This document shows positions 15,128-24,959 of a DNA stretch of 27,348 nucleotides, in pieces (within the stretch, counting starts at the first letter, position 1; each line of letters starts with the position of its first letter). Origin of the DNA: a virus (lineage: Duplodnaviria; Caudoviricetes); IMG/VR virus record IMGVR_UViG_3300030451_003083, positions 1 through 27,348 of that record. The stretch is one strand, 5' to 3'. Under the pieces are notes generated by a model. That model saw only the letters and a list, made by a program, of their open reading frames with translations. It did no database searches and had not been told where the DNA came from. The position numbers were made by a program, and so were the translations under genes.

Positions 15128-15568
15128 TCATAGAGCCACTGCAATGACTATGAATGGAACGGCAATGACTACATTTGGAGAAACCCCATCACTTATGACA
15201 CATACTGCTTCAAACTCTGCATCGAATCCTGCACCGGAAACCGCCGGTCTTGCGCCATTAATTGTTAAAGTATTGTAGGTTGCACCATTAGTGGTTCCTG
15301 TTGAAGCAACAGAAAATCTATTTCCTGTATCCGAATTTTCATTGGTTTTAGTAACAGTCCAAGAGAAAGTGTAACTTCCTGTTCCGTTTGCGGGAATAAC
15401 TGTTGCGTCTAATGCCCCTATCAGTGTTGTAAAAGTAGCAATTGAACCTGTATGAGGAGCAGACATATCAGCCATATCTATTAAAGAGGGCCCGTCAATA
15501 GTAGCGGATAGATTTGTAAACGACCCTTGTTGGGCACAACCTGTTAAAATAATATACATATCAACCAA
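15128..15568 (-). CDS. Small beta-rich (Ig-like) tail-fibre-associated protein
   Basis: T/G/S-rich beta pattern (GTGSYTFSWT...TLTI...AVCVISDG); last gene of the tail operon. The start may be the internal ATG (MYIILTG). Confidence 0.5.
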   Translation of the reverse strand: MVDMYIILTGCAQQGSFTNLSATIDGPSLIDMADMSAPHTGSIATFTTLIGALDATVIPANGTGSYTFSWTVTKTNENSDTGNRFSVASTGTTNGATYNTLTINGARPAVSGAGFDAEFEAVCVISDGVSPNVVIAVPFIVIAVAL

Positions 15569-17474
15569 CTACCATCCAATTATTAGAACCAATAGCAATA
15601 CAAGTTGCTGCTTTGAAAGTTCCTAAAGTGAAGTCTGAACCTGCACCATTGATATTATTCCCATTACGGCCAATAGTGATATTTCCACCTGTTGTATTTA
15701 GAATAGCATAATGTTCACCAGCAGTTGAAGTTGAAGGTAAAGTAATATTACCTGCACAAATGTTGTATCTTCCAGCATGTGCGGCTTCAGTTAAAGTAGT
15801 GCTTGCTGAAACTGAAACTGTTAGTAATCTTGTGTTTCTAAATGTACCGCCTGTAAGAATATCAAGAGTGGCATCAATAGTAGAGGGAGCATGACCAATC
15901 CCTACTTTATCTGTACTTGCATCTACTCGAATCATATTTTGATTTCCTGTGCTTTCAACTCTAAGGTCAGCATCTTGAGCGTCTTCATTAAAAATAGTCT
16001 CGGTAGCAGAAATACTAAGTCGCTTTTTCATAGTACCTGCCATCTTAGTTCTAAGGTGCATTTTGCCACTTTCCGCTCCCGTTGTCGCTACTTGTGCTTC
16101 GCAGAAAATATCAGCATAATTTGTTCTTGTAAGAGTAGTCCAAGATTGTGAAGGTGCGCCTCCTGTTGCAGGGTCATCATCAGTAGTTACACCTCTCCAA
16201 ATCAAATGCCCTAAGTCATCCCCATTAGTAGGAGTAGCACTGTTTCTATACAATGCTACATCGGGTGCGGCTGATGCACTATCATCTGTTGTTTCAAATA
16301 ATGCGGCGTAGTTAGTATCAGTGGTTTTAACATGTAATTTTCCCGAAGGGCTATCAAGCCCTATACCAACTCTATTATTATCACCTTTTACAAATACTGT
16401 GTGGGTTTCTCCACTTGTTTCAACTCTAAAATCACTATCAAGAGAACCATTATTGACTACCACTTCTGTAGCATTACACTCTATTCTATTTCTTTCTGTA
16501 CCGGCCATAATAGTTCTAATGAATAACTCTCCATCTTCTGAACCTGCCGATACATCATCTGCCTTAACATAAAATTGAGCATAGGTTACATCTGCGGGAG
16601 TACCTGCATCATCCTTTCCTCTAAAGATTATATGGCCTAAAGAATCATTATCGGCGGCATCTGTTCCACTATTTCTATACAAAACTAATTCGGGGCCGGT
16701 AGCCGCCCCTGTATCTGTTGATTCAATCAAAACCATTGGATTATTATCATCTGTACCTGTAGCAGACTGAATATGCAAATCAGCAGAAATAGTATCTCCC
16801 GTTCCAATTCCTACCTTTGATTGAGAACCGTCAATTCTCATTACTTCAGTAGGAGTCCCACCATCATTTACCTTGAAAATAATATCTTTATCTTGGACTA
16901 CATTTTCAAAAGTTACATCACCATCCGAATCTGCATCTACTGTCATTGCTTGAGTATAAACATTAGAATTAGCATAAGCAATACTCAAACTATTCGATTC
17001 TTTATTTGTGGTAAAGTATTGTATCAGTCTAGAACCGGCAGAAGTCCCACTAGAATATTCTATCATAGCAACAATAGTATCTCCTAACTTAAATTCGGGG
17101 ACTCTATTTGCTGCCGTAGGTGGTCTTAGATATAGAACATTTACAGTTTCTCCCCCTTCTCTTCCATCAGCCACTACCAGCAAATGATAGCCCTTGTCAT
17201 AGGTAGTTGTCAAAGAACTATCTGCAAAGGTCTTAGTTGCGACTTCATGATATTTGCCATTGCGTAATATCTTTCCTGCTGCAACGACTAGGTTTCCTCC
17301 GGTCTGATTAATGTCAAAATCTGTTCCTGTTTTTACAACAACATTACCTGCTGCCATTTGATTAAGTGCTTTGATTAATCCGGAATGTGGAAAGTCTACT
17401 GTATCTACAGGCTGAGTCATACTTGAGCCATTAGCGTTTTGTGAAATATAATGGGGGTTTGGGCTATTGGTCAT
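15561..17474 (-). CDS. Tail fibre / receptor-binding protein with internal ~150-aa tandem repeat
   Basis: VGIG...LHI/V fibre motifs, DFRVE/DLRVE, DKDIIFKVNDGG and a C-terminal ITLP...GNNING...NNWMVVG domain, as seen in phage fibre proteins. Confidence 0.75.
   Translation of the reverse strand: MTNSPNPHYISQNANGSSMTQPVDTVDFPHSGLIKALNQMAAGNVVVKTGTDFDINQTGGNLVVAAGKILRNGKYHEVATKTFADSSLTTTYDKGYHLLVVADGREGGETVNVLYLRPPTAANRVPEFKLGDTIVAMIEYSSGTSAGSRLIQYFTTNKESNSLSIAYANSNVYTQAMTVDADSDGDVTFENVVQDKDIIFKVNDGGTPTEVMRIDGSQSKVGIGTGDTISADLHIQSATGTDDNNPMVLIESTDTGAATGPELVLYRNSGTDAADNDSLGHIIFRGKDDAGTPADVTYAQFYVKADDVSAGSEDGELFIRTIMAGTERNRIECNATEVVVNNGSLDSDFRVETSGETHTVFVKGDNNRVGIGLDSPSGKLHVKTTDTNYAALFETTDDSASAAPDVALYRNSATPTNGDDLGHLIWRGVTTDDDPATGGAPSQSWTTLTRTNYADIFCEAQVATTGAESGKMHLRTKMAGTMKKRLSISATETIFNEDAQDADLRVESTGNQNMIRVDASTDKVGIGHAPSTIDATLDILTGGTFRNTRLLTVSVSASTTLTEAAHAGRYNICAGNITLPSTSTAGEHYAILNTTGGNITIGRNGNNINGAGSDFTLGTFKAATCIAIGSNNWMVVG
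15909..16817 (-). repeat. Two tandem ~150-codon diverged repeats inside the tail fibre
   Basis: Both units share VGIG..LH....PE/DvvLYRNS..D.LGH.I.RG..Y A...A G.E.G....RT.MAGT...R....TE...N....D.D.RVE..G. Unit boundaries are at the three (K/R)VGIG motifs (~16817, ~16373, ~15908). Confidence 0.8.
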
Positions 17475-17475
17475 T

Positions 17476-17835
17476 TCAGTTCACCTCTATTGTCAAAAAT
17501 AATTCTAGAGTTTCGGATGCAGTAAATGGGCCAATGCCATCAAAATTCACTCTTGCAACCATATCATTGTCTGTGGTAGGACTAGTAGAATTCTTGAAAA
17601 TACCTAATTCCCTAATCACCTTTCCCGCAATATTACTTCCTGCACAAGTGACCTTTATTTCCAAAACATTTAGGTCGGACTTTTCAGAAGCAAGAGTAAC
17701 AGTTGCACCACTAGGAACATCTAGAGCAGTTGCTCTAGGACTAGTGGAATTTCCACCCATACCTATCTCGGCAGTTTTAGCAAGAGTGCTTTTAATGTAA
17801 GAAACTATTTCTGTTCGCATATCATCAGTAATCAA
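17476..17835 (-). CDS. Tail-collar / fibre-attachment-like protein
   Basis: IGMGG...A.ALD...IRELGIF...MVARVNF pattern resembles phage tail-collar fibre proteins. TTG start follows a GGAGG SD. Confidence 0.55.
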   Translation of the reverse strand: MITDDMRTEIVSYIKSTLAKTAEIGMGGNSTSPRATALDVPSGATVTLASEKSDLNVLEIKVTCAGSNIAGKVIRELGIFKNSTSPTTDNDMVARVNFDGIGPFTASETLELFLTIEVN

Positions 17836-20800
17836 AATTCTTCCTCCAATAAATTTGTTATGGTTTCAGCACTACTACTGAAACCTAGTGGAGTAGTTGC
17901 CGTATTTAGAGTTGACGCAAAGCCCAATGTAGGCCCTGTAGCCCCTATTTTTCTTGCTAGTAATTTAGTAACTTTTACTTCCAATCCATCTAAAATGTCA
18001 AACGAAATTGACCTTTCATCAAATTCTTTCGCTCTTAAATCCGAAGATATTCTTTTATTGTCTGCCAATAGTTCTGCAAATCTATCTTCTAACTGCTTAC
18101 TATACTTACCCAATTCTAGATGCAACATTCCTAAGAAGTCATGTTGTATCTGTAAAACAATATAATCATCTAATTCTATACCCTCTCTAGGTAATTCTAC
18201 TTGAACGATATCGCCGGCTCTTAGTTGACTAATGTTAGTATGCCCCACTGTAATGTTAAGTCTTAGATTATCTCCACTGTGAACTCTTAGCAAATCTCCT
18301 GCTCTCTCATTAACTGCCTCTTGAGAAGTCAAATCCTTTTCATGAACTTCTAGAGTTTTTCTTCCAACCTTTTGAATACTTCTCAAATCCTTTCTAGTTC
18401 CTTTGTGGGCATTTCCATAAACAATTATTTCATTATAGAAATCAAACAAATTCTTTGCCTGTTTATATTCAAATATCTGATGGTCTCCATCTTCACTAAG
18501 CAATACTTTAGGATAATTGGAATCAGATGTTTCGTTGACTATACTAAAGGTAGGTTCTTTCTTATCATATAATGTAGAAGCAGTATATGATTCTAGTATT
18601 GTTTTCTCCTTCTTGCTAAGAACTAAATTAATGGCAGAGAACAAATCAACGCCCTTGTAATTAGGAGCCAAGAAATACGGGAAAGGGCTTGCTTCATCAG
18701 TAAATTCTATGTCGTTGCTTTCTAATAAATCGTTTATTAATTCATCACCTTCATAGCAAATATTAGCAACCGCACCTATCATTCCTCTTTTAGCATCAGA
18801 AGAAATCTCTCCATTTACGGTTAATGTAATTGGTTCACTCATAGATACTACTCCAAGAGTTTCTTCCATCTTATCAAAAGTTAAGAAGTGTCCTATATCA
18901 TCCCCATTATCTGTATAAGTTACAGAAGTCTTGTAGGCTTTTTCTCCATCAGAAACTACCATAGTTAAATCGCTATTCGGAGTTAAGAGGCTTTCCATTT
19001 TATTTGCTTTTCTTTGAACTATATAGTGACTATCAGTTTCTCCATCTATGTCTATCGGAACATACATGGAAAGTGCTGCTTCCCTTCCTCCGGTATTATG
19101 AAATCTTTCAAAAGACCTCCCTCCACTTTTATTTCTAACCATATAAGAATTAATATCGTGAGGCTTATAACACATATCCTCTCCACTAATTTTAGTATAG
19201 GCTGAAGATAGAGTATTCATTCTAATTTTCTTTGGAGAGAAATTATAAAAGCAGGTGTGGTTTGGCTGCATTATTCTATAGAAGTCGGTGACTAAACTTC
19301 TATCCAAAGTTAAAATGTGCCTTTCGGTAGAATTAGTAGTGTCTATTTCATGGGATATTACATAGGCAATAATATTAGGAGTTTGCTCGTTTAGAGATGG
19401 AGTATTTGCTAATAGGCTAGTATATTCTTGAACAGAAAAATCTTCATCATAATATTTCCCTTTCTCCGAAACTAGATAACATCCGGTTAAATCATTCATT
19501 AATCTTAGGCTCTTCCTATTTATATTAGGAAATGGTATTTCGTTAATAGAGGTTCCATCGGTAGTAATAGTATCATTTTCATCGAAGTAGGTAATGCTTG
19601 TCACATCTGTATCTAAATCAATAGTATAATGATAGACATTTCTATTTCCGGCGGCTTTATTAGCAACTACAGGAGTGTTAGTAAGATATAATCTAGGCTT
19701 GAATCCCATCATTACTCCATCTGCATCGTCAGAATAAGTTCTAGATGTATGATTAGATGTTCCATCTATACTTTCTGCAAAGTCATTAAGTAAGCCTAGA
19801 CCTATTAATTCAAAATTAAGTGCAGTTCGCAATTCTCCTGTTGCTTTGATTGGCCCCCCAACTGTTCCTTTAGAAACAGTGCTTCCTCCGCCATTTTCTA
19901 CATCAAATCTATCTAAGAATACGGGTAAAAATGGATTTAGATAGCAATCTGCTCCCGAAGGAGAGTCATTCTCATCTACACTATTTGTACCGAATAAAAG
20001 TTCAAAAAATTGTGAAGGATGATTAGTATGAGTAGAACCAAAAGGATTACTGCTTTTTAACACTACAGGAAGAAAAGTGTTAGGAGACCTATGCCCACTA
20101 TTGTCACTTTCTGGGCCCTGCATATCTAGTTCTATTCCGTACTTGCTATAATACGCAGATGGATTCTGCCCATAATGAGAACTGCCTATATCATTAACAA
20201 CAATAGATTTTAGCATCTGAATTTCCCTATCCACAAATACAAATGTGTCTTCTTTACCATGTCCTTGTAAAGGAATAGAATAGTTAGTAGGGTCTCCACT
20301 AGAATCTCTTAAAGCCGATATTGAGAATATGTATCCTTCGTAATAATTTGTTCCATTCGTTTTTCTAGCGATATCCATTAGAATTATTTTTCCATTAGGA
20401 CTAGAAAATTCTGTTGAAGCAACTTCTCCTATATATCTCCCATTAGAATCTACTATAATTTGCCTTTCTCCGGTTAAAGTATTTGGATTTATTATAGTAT
20501 CAGTGGCAATAAAAGAGCCAAAAGTTAGGGTTTGATTTGAAAGACTACCCCCTGTTGTAGAGGCCGATATTACAAAATGAGTGGAATCTGTAATGCTAGT
20601 AATGGTGGCCCCCAACGGTATTCCCGAACCTTGAACCGGCATCCCTACTCTTACAGAAGTATTAGTTGGGTGAGTTATTGTTGTGCCATTATTATAGGAA
20701 CAACCTGTTATCTGATAACTTTGATAGTCTGCCGTAACCACTCTACCTGTACTTGCAAATAAAGTAGCAATATCGTTAAAATTGAAATAACTATAGTTTA

Positions 20801-23800
20801 CTTTAGGTATTACTCTTTCTTTACTGATAATATTTTCTGGGTCTATTTGATTAAAAGCCCAATCAAATACCACTTCAGTTAATCTCATTACTGAAAATCT
20901 CTTCAGACTAGATAGTGTCCTATCTGCTGAGATAATAGAAGCAGAAGAATAGTTGCTATCACTTAAAGTAAGTGTAGTAGTTTTTCCTACACTTCCTTCT
21001 TTAATATCAGAAGAAGAAGTCTCGATAGGTGCTTCTAACGCAAAGAAATTATAATTAGAAATGTCTCTAGTTTGGCCGTCATACATTAGACTATCATATC
21101 TCTTAGAAGAATATGGTAATAAATCAGAATTAGCAAAAAGAAACATTCTTGCTACTTTGTGGTCTATTAAATCTATGTGCCCTCTTAAATCAAATATGTT
21201 TTCATGAGTGTTTGTTATTGTTGGGTCATGAGTAAAAAATACTCTTTCTGCTGCGCTACCGGAATGGTGTAAAGTGCTATCAAAAAATCTAGAACCATAA
21301 ACAGAAGTAAAGCCTCTAGATTCTGGAAGAATATGTGTATCGGAATCATGTCCTGTTTTACCCACTCCTATTATTGGAGTATCGCTTCCTATGCCTAAAA
21401 CTCCATTAGAAATTCTGTATGAACTTGCATAATAAGGAATCTTGCTAGGAGTTTCTAAATAATATTCTGCTATCTCTTTTATGTTAGTAGTAGGTGTAGA
21501 AGTGACTCTGTTGTAGTTTCCCTTTTCTAAGTTTATTATTCTATAGTAAGGAGAACCGTATTTTTCTATGTAAGAAAACTCTTCATCCATAGTGTTATAG
21601 TATAGGGGATAATTCATAGGAACTGATTTGTTTAAACTACCACTATTTGTAAGAGGGCTAAGCAAAGAAATTATTTTTCCTGTGTGTAAATGGCCCCCAT
21701 TTAGTAAATTTAATTCGTGGGTTAGTTTGCTGCTTTCTGAATAGGTGTTTTCTGATAATACCTGTATTGTATTTCCGCTAATAGTTGAAGTCAATTTTCT
21801 ATCTAAATAAACATAGATTGTGTCATGGTCTGTATGCAATGTGGATAGAATCATTTTTCCTATAAACACACCATTTGCATATATTGGTTTATTATGGTAG
21901 TTTCTAGGATTTGATGTTGTAGATAATAATGTAGTGCTTACATCTTTATCCATAGTAAAGAAAGTTGTTCCCGAAGTCCCTGTGCTACAAGCCCCTAAAT
22001 CAGTAAAAGTAGCATTTTGGGTATTAGCGAAATTAATGTCCACTCTTCCTAAAGTTAGAGGAATATGTGGGGCTATCTCCACTAAGGTTTTTCCATCAGA
22101 ATTCTTAACACTAAGTATAGAAAAATCAATCAGTGTATTTACAGTGTCAAAATCTTGAAATGTCTTGGTAGAAGCATTATCGTCTAATCTTGCTTGGAAA
22201 GAAGAGTCATCTTTTATTTTCTCAACTCCACTGATAAAATACCCTAATGCCCTAGAATCATCGCTAGCAGAAGTACCTACTAGTGTGCCCGATTCTGCCC
22301 CTACAGAAGTTAGAGTCTGACCACTCTCGAAAATTAATCCTCTATTAGAAGTAGCAGTTAAGTCTGTAAGAGTGTTTTGAAAAGAATTTGCAGATAAGGC
22401 TTTATTGAAAACATAGTGGTTTTTTCTAGAGAAGGCTGCTAAGTCATCTCCTTCTTCAGTTCCTCTATTACCACTACTCTCAGCAAGAGACTCATTTTCT
22501 AAAGTAACTCTAGTGGTGCTGGTGACTTCGGCTATTCTTCCGACATAAGATAGAGTTAGATGTTCCTCATGAAAAATGTAAATGTCGGTTCCAATATCTG
22601 TTGTTGAATCAAAATTGTGTGTAAGCGCACTACCGTCTGAAGTATTTTTGTAGTCTACAATCTTACTATCAAATGAACAAACAATATAAGGCCCATTGGT
22701 GTGAAGTTCAACAGGGTTATATGGACTATTGCTAGAATAAATTATATCTTGAGAATGTAAAGTATTGTCATTTATTATAGGAGACAACAACTTAGCAAAA
22801 TTGTTTCTTCCGGATATGTCTAGAATTCTTTGCCCATTTTCTTGATAGGAATCTACGGTTTCTATTGTCCCATTAAATTTCTCTATTTCTATTTCATATT
22901 CTCCTTCTAAATAATTTAAGGCAGAATTACTTGCAGTCCCATATGATTTATTGGTGAAAGACAAATCCATCATCTTCTTTTTAGCAGCAATAGAAGTAAC
23001 GCTTGCTCTTAAGAACCCAAAATCCTTAGAAATGAATTTTATGAATAGATTGTTAAATCTTCCATTTACTAGTGGAAAATTTGTCATTAGGGTTTTATCT
23101 GCTCTATTAAACGCCCTTCTGTATAATTTAGAACCAACAGATATAGTTGGGTCTGATGAAGCAACGAACTTTCCTTCCACTTCATCTGCTTTATGGAATT
23201 TATTGCTAGATGAAGTTTCAAGGGTTAATGTTTGATTAGCAGGAACGCTTCCTGTAGCGGCAACAAAAGTACCTATGGAGTCTATAATGAAAATTGTTTC
23301 TCCTATCTTAACCTCATCTTTTGTATTTACGAAATTATTCAAATCAAAATCTGTAGTGAATGTGTATGTAGGAGAAGAGTCTGTTAAAACTTCTACATCT
23401 AAATCAAACCATTCTTCTAAATCTGCTCTATGAACAGTGTGCCTAATTCGATATGATTCATTTTCTAATACCTTTTTATTCTGAATCCTAAACATATCTG
23501 CTATCTTTGTCTCAGCATATCCACCTCTATTTCCATAAGATTCGTAGATTATATTATCGAATACACCAAACACTTGATTTGATTTATCGGGAGAATATTT
23601 GTAGTGTAAATATCTCTTTGGCCCTGTATATACTAAATTCGAATGAATATCATTTGCATCTCTCCTAGCATTGGGGAAAGCATCATTATAGTCTGTAAAA
23701 TCTAAAGTGTTTGGGGTATTTCCTTCATTAGAAGTATTTGTTTTGGGAGCATCTAAAGTCTTTAAATTATCTACTACTGTTGCCCTCAAATTGTATCTAC

Positions 23801-24959
23801 TATAGTCTACTATATCTTCAGCATATTCTGTAACTGTAAGGAAAGTAGTTCTTGTGATTGGCTTGAAGGTAAGAGTAGTATTAGTATTAGTAGCAGTGGT
23901 ATCAACACTTAATGTAAAACAAGTTGAGTTATTAACAGTTGAAATCGTAGCCCCATCCGGTATTCCTGTTCCCTCTACTGATAAACCTGCGACGATGTTG
24001 ACATTTGCATCATGAGTAATATGTCTTACACTTGTAGTAGAACCATCCGATAGTCCCGATGTATGATTAGTATCACAAGTTGCATCAGTAAATGAAAGTC
24101 TAACTTTACCCTCCGCACTAGCAGTTTCACAATATGCAAAATACTTGGTTCCATGATTTAATTGATTTTTCTTATCCACTTTATCATCAAAGAAATAGAA
24201 TAGGGGTCTCGAACAAAATAATTCAAATTGTAAATCGCTTTTTATTCCAGCAGATAGTGCTATTGGGTTAGTCGTTTTTAGAGGCCCCTTGAATAGCATG
24301 TACTTAGTACCCTTTGGTATTTCTGTTCCCAATCTTGGTTCGAACTCAAAAAAGTCTCCATCAACATCTCCTTTCAATACTTCTGTAACTCTAGCAAAAT
24401 GATGTAAAGACGAGTTATCAGAATGAAGCAATACAAAATAATGGTGTAGAGAAAATGCAGAGGCACTATAATGGTCAGTAGAATCTATTAATTGAACCCC
24501 TTCATCAATAATAGAATCATAGCATTTTATTCTGTACCCTTCAGTAGTGGCTAAGTTTTCTCTTTCAGTATTGGAAGTAGAAGTTCCGACTTCATTGAAT
24601 CTTATCGTTCCATTAGTATCATCTGCAAAAATTCCTGTAAAGATTCTGTCTGTAGAAGATAGTGTCTTGGCTAAATTAATGTGAGGGTTTGTAGGAACAT
24701 CATAGTTTACAGGAGTAAATTTAATTGTGCTTGCTATAGAACCTGTAGTTGCTTTACTAAGAGTTATTTGGCTACTACTATCAATACTTTTGATAAAAGT
24801 ATTTTCTTGAAGATTAGAGTGCCCTGTAACTTTCATCCCTACAGTTAAGTTAGTTGTACTTACAGAAGTAACTGTAGCAGAAGAACCACTAACACTTGCG
24901 CTGGAAGCATAAAATTCCTTCATTCTTCCGGTAGCAAGTATATTCAATCTATCACTCAT
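17832..24959 (-). CDS. Giant tail hub/baseplate (Tal-like) protein with adhesin-like insertions, 2375 aa
   Basis: Hub-like segments KFNGTIETV...LDISGRN and FYNEIIVYG...SIQKVGRK...LRAGDIVQV...LELG. Three copies of a VG(M/L).V.G.GIP.G.TI..I.....F.LS module. Positioned after the TMP, Dit-like and LamG genes. Confidence 0.65.
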   Translation of the reverse strand: MSDRLNILATGRMKEFYASSASVSGSSATVTSVSTTNLTVGMKVTGHSNLQENTFIKSIDSSSQITLSKATTGSIASTIKFTPVNYDVPTNPHINLAKTLSSTDRIFTGIFADDTNGTIRFNEVGTSTSNTERENLATTEGYRIKCYDSIIDEGVQLIDSTDHYSASAFSLHHYFVLLHSDNSSLHHFARVTEVLKGDVDGDFFEFEPRLGTEIPKGTKYMLFKGPLKTTNPIALSAGIKSDLQFELFCSRPLFYFFDDKVDKKNQLNHGTKYFAYCETASAEGKVRLSFTDATCDTNHTSGLSDGSTTSVRHITHDANVNIVAGLSVEGTGIPDGATISTVNNSTCFTLSVDTTATNTNTTLTFKPITRTTFLTVTEYAEDIVDYSRYNLRATVVDNLKTLDAPKTNTSNEGNTPNTLDFTDYNDAFPNARRDANDIHSNLVYTGPKRYLHYKYSPDKSNQVFGVFDNIIYESYGNRGGYAETKIADMFRIQNKKVLENESYRIRHTVHRADLEEWFDLDVEVLTDSSPTYTFTTDFDLNNFVNTKDEVKIGETIFIIDSIGTFVAATGSVPANQTLTLETSSSNKFHKADEVEGKFVASSDPTISVGSKLYRRAFNRADKTLMTNFPLVNGRFNNLFIKFISKDFGFLRASVTSIAAKKKMMDLSFTNKSYGTASNSALNYLEGEYEIEIEKFNGTIETVDSYQENGQRILDISGRNNFAKLLSPIINDNTLHSQDIIYSSNSPYNPVELHTNGPYIVCSFDSKIVDYKNTSDGSALTHNFDSTTDIGTDIYIFHEEHLTLSYVGRIAEVTSTTRVTLENESLAESSGNRGTEEGDDLAAFSRKNHYVFNKALSANSFQNTLTDLTATSNRGLIFESGQTLTSVGAESGTLVGTSASDDSRALGYFISGVEKIKDDSSFQARLDDNASTKTFQDFDTVNTLIDFSILSVKNSDGKTLVEIAPHIPLTLGRVDINFANTQNATFTDLGACSTGTSGTTFFTMDKDVSTTLLSTTSNPRNYHNKPIYANGVFIGKMILSTLHTDHDTIYVYLDRKLTSTISGNTIQVLSENTYSESSKLTHELNLLNGGHLHTGKIISLLSPLTNSGSLNKSVPMNYPLYYNTMDEEFSYIEKYGSPYYRIINLEKGNYNRVTSTPTTNIKEIAEYYLETPSKIPYYASSYRISNGVLGIGSDTPIIGVGKTGHDSDTHILPESRGFTSVYGSRFFDSTLHHSGSAAERVFFTHDPTITNTHENIFDLRGHIDLIDHKVARMFLFANSDLLPYSSKRYDSLMYDGQTRDISNYNFFALEAPIETSSSDIKEGSVGKTTTLTLSDSNYSSASIISADRTLSSLKRFSVMRLTEVVFDWAFNQIDPENIISKERVIPKVNYSYFNFNDIATLFASTGRVVTADYQSYQITGCSYNNGTTITHPTNTSVRVGMPVQGSGIPLGATITSITDSTHFVISASTTGGSLSNQTLTFGSFIATDTIINPNTLTGERQIIVDSNGRYIGEVASTEFSSPNGKIILMDIARKTNGTNYYEGYIFSISALRDSSGDPTNYSIPLQGHGKEDTFVFVDREIQMLKSIVVNDIGSSHYGQNPSAYYSKYGIELDMQGPESDNSGHRSPNTFLPVVLKSSNPFGSTHTNHPSQFFELLFGTNSVDENDSPSGADCYLNPFLPVFLDRFDVENGGGSTVSKGTVGGPIKATGELRTALNFELIGLGLLNDFAESIDGTSNHTSRTYSDDADGVMMGFKPRLYLTNTPVVANKAAGNRNVYHYTIDLDTDVTSITYFDENDTITTDGTSINEIPFPNINRKSLRLMNDLTGCYLVSEKGKYYDEDFSVQEYTSLLANTPSLNEQTPNIIAYVISHEIDTTNSTERHILTLDRSLVTDFYRIMQPNHTCFYNFSPKKIRMNTLSSAYTKISGEDMCYKPHDINSYMVRNKSGGRSFERFHNTGGREAALSMYVPIDIDGETDSHYIVQRKANKMESLLTPNSDLTMVVSDGEKAYKTSVTYTDNGDDIGHFLTFDKMEETLGVVSMSEPITLTVNGEISSDAKRGMIGAVANICYEGDELINDLLESNDIEFTDEASPFPYFLAPNYKGVDLFSAINLVLSKKEKTILESYTASTLYDKKEPTFSIVNETSDSNYPKVLLSEDGDHQIFEYKQAKNLFDFYNEIIVYGNAHKGTRKDLRSIQKVGRKTLEVHEKDLTSQEAVNERAGDLLRVHSGDNLRLNITVGHTNISQLRAGDIVQVELPREGIELDDYIVLQIQHDFLGMLHLELGKYSKQLEDRFAELLADNKRISSDLRAKEFDERSISFDILDGLEVKVTKLLARKIGATGPTLGFASTLNTATTPLGFSSSAETITNLLEEEF

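Noticed and set aside
15561-17474. Diversity-generating retroelement acting on the tail fibre repeats
   Set aside because: The repeats are diverged in-frame protein duplications, not near-identical TR/VR pairs with adenine-specific differences, and no reverse transcriptase is present.
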